A stretch of DNA of 64,000 nt. It comes from Octopus vulgaris. Its lineage: Eukaryota. Positions 12,501 through 25,700 of this stretch are shown here, piece by piece. The DNA is taken from positions 161,510,001-161,574,000 of the forward strand of contig OX597817.1 in assembly GCA_951406725.2 (NCBI GenBank). The letters are read 5' to 3'. A program made the position numbers and the translations under genes. A model generated the notes under the pieces. The model saw only the letters and a program-made list of their open reading frames with translations. It was not told where the DNA came from and searched no databases. Each line of letters starts with the position of its first letter. The stretch's first letter is position 1.

Positions 12501-15500
12501 AAAAAAATTTTCACCTCTCATAGGATCTATCCTGTCAGCCTCTGATTTTTCAATCCTGTGATCTGAGGTACATAATACAAAATATATTAAAATATGCCTA
12601 TCAAAATAAATTAATCTACAAACAAAAAATATAAACATTTCTAAGTTGCTACTTGGGTTTTATTGAGGATTCCTTTCCACAAATTTTGTCATTTATACCA
12701 GATCATGCACAATAACATGCTTGGCCCACGAGTGTCAGGGTTATAATATAGCAACACTTCACAGAAGCCAAAAATAACATTAAAACATATATGAGAGAAT
12801 AAAACTGTACACATGCAATTTACAAAAAAGAAATGAAGAATAAGTGTTTAAAAGAAGAAAACTTTAAACAATTTAAAACAGTAGACGATAACTTAGTGAA
12901 GTAAATCCACCCACCCATCATTGCTAAACATTTAGTATTTTTGCTCATGAAATTAATTACCTGAGGTTTACACAAGAAATTTTCAAAATAGTTTTCTGTC
13001 TCCAATTTTAATTTCCAAATTTTCATATTCCAAAGAAAAATTTTGGAAACTTAAATAATAATTTGCTTTATAAAGGAAAGGTAATTAAACATTTTATTCT
13101 GTGTTTGAGGTTTTTTTCTTTTCTCTAGTGATCCATAACTTACACTGAGTGGAAATGTAAGAGAAATAAATGAGGGGAATCAAAAGAGTATATGCTTGAG
13201 TTAACAAACTAAGCTATGACTTTTGACAAGTTCAGTTAATATTATTTCATTGGTTTTACTTTGATAAATCTATCAAAGTCATTGGCAAGATTGTCAGTTA
13301 AACAGCAGTCGATGTTGACTGTACTTTATGTGGCATATTGTCATGGCCATCATGCAGAAATGTACACAAAATAAGTTTGCATTAAGATGTATTTTCCAGA
13401 ATTATTTTTTAATAAATAAAAAAAAAAAGTGCTCAGTGGCAAACTGAGATGTAGGTACATGCATGGCTTTGCAACCACATGGGTTTGGGTTCAGTTCCAT
13501 AGTGCAGCACTTCAAGCAAGCATCTTCAACTATAGCCCCAGGCCAACTAATAATGCCTTGTAACTTAGTGGTTTAGCAAAAGAGACTGATAGAATAAGTA
13601 TCAAACTTTAAAATATTAAGTACTGAGGGTCAATCTGTTCGATTAAAACCCTTCAGTGTGGTGCCCCAGCATGGCTGAAGTCCAATGATTGAAATAAGTA
13701 AAAGATACAGATACATTTCTGATTGAGAAACTTCATTAATAAAAATGCCTTAGGTAGATCAAAACATTCACAGAAGTTCTTTTAAATTGTGACATGTCAC
13801 AGAAGCACCACTACAAGTTGCTCTCACCAGACAGAAAAAATATTCAAAACTGTAAGGAATGACCACAGCACTGATCGAGAGTTAGCATTATTACTAAAAT
13901 TAAGTAAACAAAAATAGTATCTAATTTTCTGTCCACTTCCATTAAATGATGTCATTAAGAGAAAATAGTTTTATGATGTAGGAAATTAGCTAAACACATA
14001 GAGATTGATATCAAATTTATGAAGCTACGTTTGAAAGGTAATTAGAGCTATGATCTCATATATGTAAAGACAACATTAATTATACTGTGCTGATAGAAAG
14101 GTGTGACAGGAAAACATATTTCAAGCCACATTCATTTTGCATAGGGTTAGGGATACAGGAAAAACAATGAGGCACCTACCTAACCTAGTAGGCATTTTAA
14201 GACCACCATACTTTTTCCAGTAAATCCAACAAGAGGAACAGAGACGGCACTGCATATGTGCAGGTCCCCATGAATACCACTGACTGGAATTGGCAGCATA
14301 ACAGCTTTCACAAGCTCGTCCAGAAACTTGACCATCGACACCATTCACTTTCCCACTAATGGCTGCTGGATTGGGTTTGTTGCTGTAATAAAAGAACAAA
14401 AATTAATAACCAAGTCATTTATCATGCTAGAATATAACCAAATCAATTTCTAAACTGGTAAGGAAAAAAAAAACATTCCACCTTGTTATACATCTAGTCC
14501 TATACTGTTTAGCAAGTATTTTAAAACTGACAATTTTATAGAAATTTGAGACGGCATTACAAAATCAAACATATTTGGCTTGATACAGCTACACACCCAA
14601 ACTGTTAATAATAATTGCCCTGTAAATACAATTTAGTAGGGTGCTGTCATTCAGGTGAAAAATCAATGTGTGACAAGTTAATTCTCCATTTACACTTATT
14701 TTTTTATTATTTGTTTTGCTCATCAACTATGATTGAGCAGACCTGTAATTATAGGTGTTCTGGCCATGACCATCCCATCTTATATTTGTTTTGGTAATTG
14801 TATAAACCAGACCATATCATCAATTGTGTACATGTTTAAAGATGGAGTTTGCTTTTAAAAGACATTTGACTGCTATTCTAACATATAACCACATGGCATG
14901 GAGAGAATGAACTAAACCACACAGAGGCTATCATGTCACATACCTCAATTATGTTAGAACATTCAGCAGTAAATAGAGATTTAAATATCAAGTTGTACCA
15001 TAAGTCTGAACTATATAAATATTCAATAACTTTAAATTAGGAAAAAGCAATTGTAGCAAATATTGATATATTCTACACGAAATGGGAGATTATATGTTAT
15101 TATAAATTTTTCAAGACAAAGAAACAGAGAAAAGGGTGCGATGGGGGAACTAATAGCCAAAGCAGTGTTGGAATTAAAATAATCAGTGCTAGGAATTTTG
15201 GTAAAGAAAAAAAAGCAACATAACAGTACTTACTAGTTGGGAATGTAAACCTGCTTTAGCTTACTTTCAGCTTCAGCAGCTTTTATTCTTTTCTGTAAAA
15301 GAAAATATAATATCTTAAGGATCCAGAAAATTAAAACTATAACTTACTCAATTCTACTCCTTAATTCTCTCTGCATAGACATTAGAATAGAACAAGATTT
15401 TGGAAAAGTAACAACTTCTCATGCTAAACAATTTAAGTCTAATTTCCTAGATTCTTATCTATCTCTTTCTCCCAAATACATATTGAAGAAAATTCCACAT

Positions 15501-18500
15501 TATCAACTTTCAGTTACACATTTCACTATAAATAATTTTTACAACCTCATAGATGGTAACAGAAACTATTATAAAAAAAAATATATGTGCATACTTACTT
15601 GCTGTACATATCTGTCTGTTGTTTTCCACATATAATAATATTCAATGATACTTTTTAATGACTTCCAAGGCAGCTTGAAAAAAAAAAAAAAAAGGATTAT
15701 GTAATTTTAGAACACAAACAAGAAATCCCTCAGGATACTATACGAATGAAAACCATTAATATATGTATGTATGTTATGTTGTACAACCTTGATGCACAAC
15801 TGTTTAACTTTAAAAAAATGTCACAGTAGAAGTGGATTCTCCATTAGTTTATGGTGAGCCCTTAATTGGTCTTGTGAAATTAGCATGTAAATGGGATGAA
15901 TAATCAAGTTACATGTGCCTTGAAAGTGATTTCCCAGACAAATCAGCATGACTTAATGTGACATGGACTGGCTTTTGAATTACAGGAGAAGTGGATCTGA
16001 TAATTTGACACTCAAAGGGATGGCAAGAAAAGTTGATATCAGCAATGTTTCAATTCACAGCAGAGAACCAAAATGAAAACAGCAAGACATTCTATCCAAC
16101 ACTAAAGAGTTTACAAATGAAAGGAATTTAAGAACAGATTGAGACTGTCCCAAAATGCTCATTAGAGAAAGTTCTTTCTACAATATTCAAAATGAGATGT
16201 TTTTATTCCCAAAATAAAATTTAAAAAAAAAAAACACTTGAAAAGATAGAGTTACTGAAAAGGCAGCTATAAAAAATACATGCCAAGTCAAATTTTTACC
16301 AGATAAGAATTGATACTTGTCAGAAAGAAATAGCTAAAATATTGCCCATACATTACCATTACAAAAAACATTAATTTTACAGCTTTAGTGTGATGTAAAC
16401 ATTATCTAAGCAGAGAGCAAACATACATACAAACACCAGCTTACATTAATGAACGTGTTGTATTTCTATAACATTTTTGTTTTAACATTCTGCTTCAGCG
16501 ATACAAGTCTAATCTTTATACCAAATACACTACCTTAAAATCCAAAATGTTAATACAATTATATATTAATCAATTGTCAAAGTTTGATAATTAAGAACAA
16601 CAGGACAAGCTATGTTGGACTATGATACAGTGAATGTTCTCATATTTACAGCAAGGTATCACTTGATCAAAGGATAAAGTATCAGCCCCTCAATAAATGT
16701 CATGGCATTCCTGTTTTCTCTACAAATAAATGAACTGAATTACAAATTAGAGAATGCCTTGCTACAACTCACACCAAACAGCTCAGTCAAAAACTTAATA
16801 AGTCTAAGCAATATGTGATGAAACGAAACACCACATACTTTGAAAGTAACTTAAATTTCTAAAACCACATCATGAATGACAAAATGGATGTAAAGCCATA
16901 ATAATAAAAATGAAAATGTCCCACCCATTGAAGTTATCAATCACACTGGCTCTCAATGCACAGAGTTCAAATCCCACTAAAATCAACTTTGCCTTTCAAG
17001 GCTGATAATAAAGTACCAGTCATGTACTGGAGTTGGTTCTTTTTCACTCTCTTATTCTTTTTGTGTGTGCGGTGGCCGTGGTCAGACATGGAGGGGAACA
17101 GGCTTCACTAGGGCTAAAAATGCCCAAGACATATCGTATATTAGAATGGCAGCACCCCTACCACTCCATCAAGGAGTTGAGAAACCAAAGCAAGGCAGGA
17201 AAACAACAAACATTTATTCAATGTAACAGCAAAGGAAAAAGACATCACAACATAGCATTGAAGGTGGACATTAAACAAGGATGATGATGATGAAATAAAA
17301 ACTACAAAACAAAAACTAAGTGTTCATGATCGCATGTATATTAGATATAAGATCTTCAAGACAGTATATATAATTATACATGATACAGTGTGATTTAAAG
17401 GTACTAGAATACTGGTCAATTATAAAATCTATTATATATCAAAACTAGTGCATTATACTCAGCTCGTTTGGCAACTAACATCCTAACTTCAGCTCATAAA
17501 AAAAAACTAAACCAACAAAATATCACCCCTTCAAGTGAGTATAAAATATATCGTAATAATATAGAATTATAGAATGAAAAACAAGAAAAAGGAATACTTA
17601 CAAAATCTTGCCTTATATCATTGAAGTCTTTGCCATATTTATCTAGTGCTTCTTCAAATAGATTAGCTTCAGATGCAGACCATTCTTCCATTTCATCCCG
17701 ACACAGTACAGGACCACCTTGTGGTACCAAACTCGTAACAGCTTTAGCTATGTCATAGCCACTTCTATGTAAAGTATCCATGGCATGAAACTGAAAAAAG
17801 ATAACATAAAATTTTAGAGAGAAGCAACAATGTTAAAACTTCGCATATTTTATACATGAAACTAATTGCTAAACCAACTACGTGTAAACAGCTCAGTTAT
17901 GAAAGAATAGAAATACCAGCAATATACCATATTTGATAGCATAAAAGTTGCACAGCATATCAGATGCATCCTAATTTCAGCAGTGTATGTTGGACACCTG
18001 GGACAAAATTAGCTTATGAGAAGCTCAACTTTACATATAAGACCCAGGATGATATTTTTGATGGTTAAAAAAAAAGAAAAGGAGGAGCATCTTACAAACC
18101 ATCAAATAAATTCTTTATTATTACTGGTTTAAAAAAAAAACTGTTCATGTTACTATTTAGACAAGAGAACACAATCAGGTGTTGATGGTAAATAACACCT
18201 ATTGAGATAACTATAACTTAAAAAAAAAACCATAGATTCAGTATTCATCATTTAACTCTAAGATTTAGATAAAAAGTGGAAAAACAAAATTCAACTGTAG
18301 ATAAACTGATTAACATTGGAATATTCAATATGTACAGCAGACATGTTTGAAATCTTTATTGCATCATGCATTATTCAATTAAACTTAAATCACCCCTAAG
18401 AAATCAGAAATACGGTTAAAAGACATGTCTGTGATTAACACCAGCATCACTATTTAACACCCACTTTTCCAAACTCATATGGGTTGGATGGAATCTGTCA

Positions 18501-21500
18501 AGGCAAATTTTCTACAGATGGATGTCACCTCATTACCAACAAACACACCACTGTTTCCATGGAAGATTGGAAATGAAGGACACCACTTGCATCTTGGTGA
18601 CATTCATTCATATTTATCACATGAAGTGAAGGCAAGCAAACAGTAACGCACACACACAATGTGCTTCTTTCAGTTTCCCTTACCAAACCCACTCACAAGT
18701 ATTTGTTGGCCGGTGGTTACAGAAATGGGCCTGAACCTGAAGATGTGTGTTTGGGAAGTAAACTTCTAACCACAGCCATACCTGAGCCTAACAAAACTAA
18801 CAAATGAATACTTAGCTTAAAAAATTAAACAAAGATGGTGTCACCATTTTATACACAATCATAACTAAAACCAAAAGAATTACACTCACTGAAAGATCTA
18901 TGATAATTTATAAACATTCAACTAAAATCAATAAAGTCAATTAAAACAGGTAAAACAAGAATAAGAATTATATATGAAGTGAATGAGTAAATCTATATGT
19001 ATACATCAAGGTTTATAGGAAAATGTTAAATGGAGACAGGTGCATGTAACAATGACACTTGTGACATGCACATGTCTATTAACATTTTATAGAAAAATAT
19101 GTAACAATGTGTAAATGAGAATCAAAGAATGCATCTTTGGGGGAAACAGATATAGAACTTAACTGACATTTTCCATTCAAATTGCCATGTTTACACAGGT
19201 AAGCCTGGAACCCCTACTCAACATCAATTTACAAAAACCCTGTCATAATGTATCTAAGTGTTAGCTCTCATAATTGTAAATTACAAATATTTTGACTGGC
19301 CCAGTAAAAAGGAATTGGTTTTTCATGAAGAACATTCCCTAAATTGTTTCTTTCTTTCTATTCAGAGTGGTTAATGTAAATTTGTCTTTAGAAATTTCTG
19401 ATTTAGGATTCTCTCTCCCTAATGAAGCTGCTATAGATTTAGAAAGTTCATCTAGTCGTTCCTCTATTCCTCATGTATAAATCATAACTGTTAGGTAGAA
19501 TTTGCCAATTGTTGGGCAAACCAATTGGGAATTTTCAATGAGGTTGCTTGAACTTCAAAAAGGAGAGATATAATGAATCTGGTGATTATAGATCTGCTTG
19601 ATCAGGGTTGACTGAGGACTGAGCCATGGCAGTAACTTGTGATTATGCCACATATAAACAAGAATGTTAACTGATGACAAGCTTTTTATCCGTTATAATT
19701 TTGCCTTATTGCTTTGGCTTCTTATTTTCAAATTCTCTAGAAAGATCTCTTTATTTATCCTCACATTTAAGGCAGTCAGATGGCAAAGTTGTTAGAGTGT
19801 TGGATAGACAGCTTTGAAGTTATCAATCACACTGGCTCTCTACGCACAGAGTTCAAATCCCACTAAAATCAACTTTGCATTTCAAGGCTGATAATAAAGT
19901 ACCAGTCATGTACTGGAGCAGGTTCTTTTTCACTCTCTTATTCTTTTTGTGTGCGCGGTGGATGTGGTCAGACATGGAGGGGAACAGGCTTCACTAGGGC
20001 TAAAAATGCCCAAGACATATCGTATATTAGAATGGCAGCACCCCTACCACTCCAAGGGGTTGAGAAACCAAAGCAAGATAGGAAAACAACAAACATTTAT
20101 TTATTCAATGTAACAGCAAAGGAAAAAGACATCACAATATAAAAATCTTAACAGATTATAAGACAAAGATAGTCTAAACTAGATTATACACAACCACGTC
20201 CATAGGATCTGAACGCTTCTACTTCTCTTAGTGAAACTATTGAGGCCTATAGGTCTGCATAATAGATAAATAAAAGTAGAATGTATTGTTTTGTATAAGT
20301 ATACCCTTCATCAATAGATGATTTTCTAACTAACAAATAATTCATGAAGTCTCCACTATTCTTTCATTCAGTCACACCTTATAAAGAGCTGTTCTCTTTT
20401 GGTTGGATGAGAGTACTTCAATTGAAAACAATGAATCAGAGATAAAACAATCTATAACCAGTCTATAATCCATATTCCAACAATTGATTAGCCACAATAA
20501 TTAACACATTCCATGCAGAAATTAATGCTAATGAGCAAGCATTTATCACCCTTGGTTTTGTTTCACACAGCCAATTGTTTTATTGCTGGTCATTATATCT
20601 TCCGTTAGATTGTGATGAGAAACAACAAAATGAGGTGCATTTGTTTCCTTGTTTCTTACAGTTCTGTGACTTGGGCTGCCGCTCTCCCCTTAATTATTAG
20701 TTTCATAATGTGGCAAAATCTACATTTGATTTGTCATTGCAGGTATTAGAAAAATTCTCTTTGAAAGTACCCTCCCACCAACATTAAACTAAGACCATGG
20801 AAAACTAAAAATTAAGACATATTCGTGGTCTTCTCCTGCAGGTTGTGTTAAGGAATGAAACCAAATTAGTTTATTTGGAATGCAAGAAAGTATGTGTGTC
20901 TTGTCAGTAAGCATTCTAAGTTTTGTACTTTCATTCCGTTCCAAATTTCTAATGCACTGTGGAGGATTCTCCTAGAAATTTATAGAAGACTACAGTTGGC
21001 TTCTATATTCTCTAAAGCATTGGTTTCATTATCTTCTCTCCCACTTCTATATTACTTAATTTTGGGAGGGTGGGTGCTGTTTTCACATATCTTTATGAGG
21101 TGGAATTTTTCTGTCAATAAATTTGCCAGTTAGTGATTTGGAATCACTGTTCTATATCTCATAAGAATTTAACTATCTTTGACAATTTATAAATATATGT
21201 AAATTTCACCTTTGTTAAGAGTCTTTCAAGATTTGGTGGTTGTGTTTGCTGCAAATAATTTGTAACTATTTTTCTTAGATTTGAAGATTGTTGTCAAAAT
21301 GGAAGGTATCAATTTGGCTGAATGCAAGACGATGTCATCATCATCATCGTTAAACGTCCATTTTCCCTTTCCATGCTAACATGGGTCGGACGATTTCACT
21401 GAGGTCTGGCGAACCAGATGGCTACACCAGACTCCAATCTGATCAGGCAGAGTTTCTACAGCTGGATGCCCTTCTTAACACCAACCACTCCGAGAGTGTA

Positions 21501-22752
21501 GTGGGTGCTTTTACATGCCACCGGCACAAGGGCCAGTCAGGTGGTACTGGCAGCGGCCATAATGTAGCTTTTGGAATTGTGGCTGACTACAAATGGAATG
21601 TTTTTATTTACGTCTTCCCCTTCAAACAAATTCCAGTCTGTCTGCAAGTAAGGGGTATCTGCTTTGCTTTGATTATGACATTATTTACTAAGTTTTTCAG
21701 GTGTCCAGAAGAATATTTTTGGTTCTTCCAGTCATATTTCATCTGTGTCTATAACTATTACACATGTACATTTAACCAAATTAAATGGAATATTTCTTTT
21801 AAATATGAGATGGATGGCAAAATCTAAGGCCTAAGTATTGAAATGTGTTCATATATTTGCAGTCCATGTCTTTGCAGCAGAGATTAGTTGCAATACTCTC
21901 ATTTTCCTTTATAACCAAAATGTCCAGGAAAGGAAGTTCCAATTCATTTACTTCCATTGTGAATTGAATTAATTCATAAATGCTTTGATTAATATAAGGA
22001 ATCCTTATAAGTTCTTCCTTATTTCTGTTCCAAACACTCATCCTGGAATCCTTCTTTTGCATAATAATGATGTTTGGTCACAAACAGTACATAATGTCAA
22101 ACAAGAAGGGACAAACAACAGTTTGTCTGCAAATTCACTCACATAACATTGGTCAAACTGGGGCTATAGAAGACATCTATGTCAAGAGTAGCAGTGGAAA
22201 CAATGTTAAAACTGCATAATTGCAAAGCGAACTTCTTAACTGCAAAGCTAAGATAATCCTTGGAAATTCACAAAATGTAACTTAATCATTTTTATGTTTG
22301 CAAATTCACAATAAAATGTTCAGACATTTTTTATCAACAAGTACTAAAGTAAATGGTACATTCAGAGACGAAAAATAAAACCATCATAGCAGTTATCTTA
22401 TTGTGAAGGATTTAGTTAAACAGCACAAATACTCTGGTCTTTACATTTAAAATATCTGAACTGCAATCACTGTCTGTCTTCCAAAGATATACATAGACAA
22501 ACTAAAGACTATATTACACAAAATGAGAAAGTGTAGAAAGTATCACATCAAAAATATGATCAGTTTCAAAACTATACAAGAACATGTATTATTGCTCAAG
22601 TTCAGCACATCGTTTTGAATTCTACTAGTTTTCCAAGTCAATTCTATAATACCTAATGTAAACTGTTGATGCTTCCAATATTACACTTAAAAAAAAAAAT
22701 AAGCATTACATGAACATACATATATATATATATACACATACATGTATGGCTT

Positions 22753-22784
<32 letters not shown>

Positions 22785-25700
22785 TATGTATATATATATA
22801 TATATATTTATGTATGTCATCATCACTGTCTAATGTTCACTCTTTCATGGGCCAAGACGAAATTTTGTTGAAGCAGGTTTTCTACAGTTGCATGCAATTC
22901 TTGTCACCAGCCCTCATTTGTTTCCAGGTAGAATTTCTTTATGGCCAGACAAGTTTTTCAAAGAAGACTAGAACTGAACAACATTGCTCATTTGCAACCA
23001 TTACACAATGTCAAAACAAGGCACATACACACAGACAGTTCTAGTTCTCGTCAACCAAATCCTATCACAATGTTTTGATCAGTCTACATCTATAATAGAA
23101 GACACTTGCCCAAAAGACCACACAGTGAACCTGGACCAGAGACCACATTGTTGGGAAGCAAGCTCTTTAATTACATGACCATGCCTGCACCAGTGTATGT
23201 GTAAAATCTATTGACACACACTTTCACTTATTTGATGTTTGTTTTTCCATGCCAGCATGCATTTGGATGGAGATTTAGTTGAGACAAGATTTTACGGCCA
23301 AAAGCTCTTCCTATTGCCAGCCCTTTTCTATTTATCAAGTAGAGGAATCTTTTATTTCACAAGTTTTCTAATACACATAACTATACCATTATAAATTCAA
23401 CAAAAATATCAACATCAGCACTTAAGCAGAAATTACATGCACACACACACCAGATTTTTTCGGTTTCCTTCTCTCAAATTCACTGAGAAGGCACTGGTTA
23501 GGGAAGGGCTATACAAACTGACAAATTGCAAAGATGTAGCACAGTGATATTAACCTGAAACTGGGTAGTTACAAAGGAATCTTTATAAAAAAAAATCCAT
23601 TCTTGCACCACAAATATATTTTTTCACATGTTTATCTATGTCTGTATAAATGTTTGTGCATTTGTCTTTGCATATGCATATCTTTGTGTTTGTTCCGCAC
23701 CACTGCTTGACAAGCAGCGTTGGTTTGTTTACATCCCCTAAAGCTAGTGGATCGGCTAAGAGACTGATAGAATATGTACCATGTGTCAAAAAGAAAAAAA
23801 AAATTAAAACAAGGGTGGGAGAGGACTACAGTTGATTTGTTCAGCTAAAACCCCCAGTATGGCTTCAGTCCAATGATTTGAACAAGTAAAAGAATCATAT
23901 ATACATTGGCTTACATAAACATGTATGCATGTATATATGTAAGTATATATAGGTGTGTGTGTGTGCAAATGAAAAACAAGTCTTAGAATCTGCTAGAGAA
24001 ACTGGCTGCAACTGATGGGGAATACAAGAAGTAGTAGGAGAGAGAAGGAAAGAAATGAAAAGTAGGTGAAGATGAGATGGAAAATTAGGTGAGAGGAGAG
24101 CTTAAGGATAAGAATGGGATTAATGAACTAAAGAGATGTAGGGACAGAAGGAATAAGAAAAAAAAATTCTGAGTCAATATGAACCATTGTTGCAATTCTT
24201 TGAGCACATGGATCCATTATGTGTGGAGATGCCACACACTGATAAATGGGTAATGGAATAGCTCAATCTGTTGAAATGAGTGATGACAAGTTGGTCAGTT
24301 TTTAATGCATGCTCACAAAAGTTAATAGCAATGTGACAAGCCTGTTTTGCAATGTAAAGTGCTTCAAAGTCAGCAAATGATACAATAGAGAATGTTGGAA
24401 GTTGTGTAGCAGAAGCTTTAGGTAATGTGGTACTGTGACTTAGGCCAGGTGATGGTGGTTGTGTTGTTAATATAAAGAAAGGCATTGCACCAAGCTCATT
24501 TATAAGTACTTGGTTGTATATGGCTGAGTGCTATGGAGCCTCTAACTAGGAGGCTACTCTCCCACATCTGCCACCATCTTCTCATTGAAACACGTAAATC
24601 TACCAGTTCAAAATCCCACTTTCTGACTGCACTGCTCTGATCTTTCCAATACCATACTTCCTTTTCTTCTCAGAAAGATAGGAACCATAACAACTTCCCA
24701 TTGCATAGCACTCTGGACAAGCATCTTCAATAGCTAAGTCAAAAAATGTCCCTTGAAGTAATCTGGTATGCAGAAACTGGAAGAATCTATGCACATGTGT
24801 GCATGCATGTGCACATATGAATGTTTGGGATAATATGCTAGGCATAGCAATAAATAGTGATAATTATCCACAAGCAAGGCTCCATCCATAATTTCCTGTC
24901 TAAACCAAGTTAACATGGAAAAACAGACATCAAAGGAAACAAATGAATACACACACATGAAGCATGTTGCAGAACATCTGACTGTATGTGTATTTCCATG
25001 CTGGCATGGGTTGGACGGTTTGACTGGGGACTGGTGAGCCAGATGGCTGCACTAGGCCCCAATCTGATCTGGCAGAGTCTCTAACTGGATGCCCTTCCTA
25101 ATGCCAACCACTCCGAGAGTGTAGTGGGTGCTTTTACGTGCCACTGGCACAAGAGTCAGTCAGGCTATACTGGCAACGGCCATGATGAAATGGTATTTTT
25201 ACATGTCACCTGCACAGGAGCCAGTCCAGCGGCACTGGTAACACCCACGCTCAAATGTTGTTTTTCATGTATTACCGGTACTCATGATTCACCTGCTGTT
25301 ATTTCAATTTCAGTCCTTCCTCAGTCACCTCACATGTGAGAAGTAAAGAACAGTGGAGTATTATAGCTCAACTAACTTAGTAAATAACAACCATCACCTC
25401 TACTACCATCTCCATCAAATTGAGCTCATCTCATGAAATCTATTTTAGCTTTTTAACTTTTAGACAACATGCTCAATAATTTTATAAAGCATTTTTATTT
25501 CATTTTTGCATTTGGTTTGTAAAATTCTTGGTGTGAATTTGTGTGTTGAAACAAATTTTGTGTCTCGGGAGGGTCATTATGCTAATAACACACACACATT
25601 AGTTCAGGATTACTTCTTTATTAGTCAATTGGTTAAATGTCAAACCAACTAACTAATTGATCATTTGTTTAATTGCACTGGTTAAGCAATCAATTAGTTG

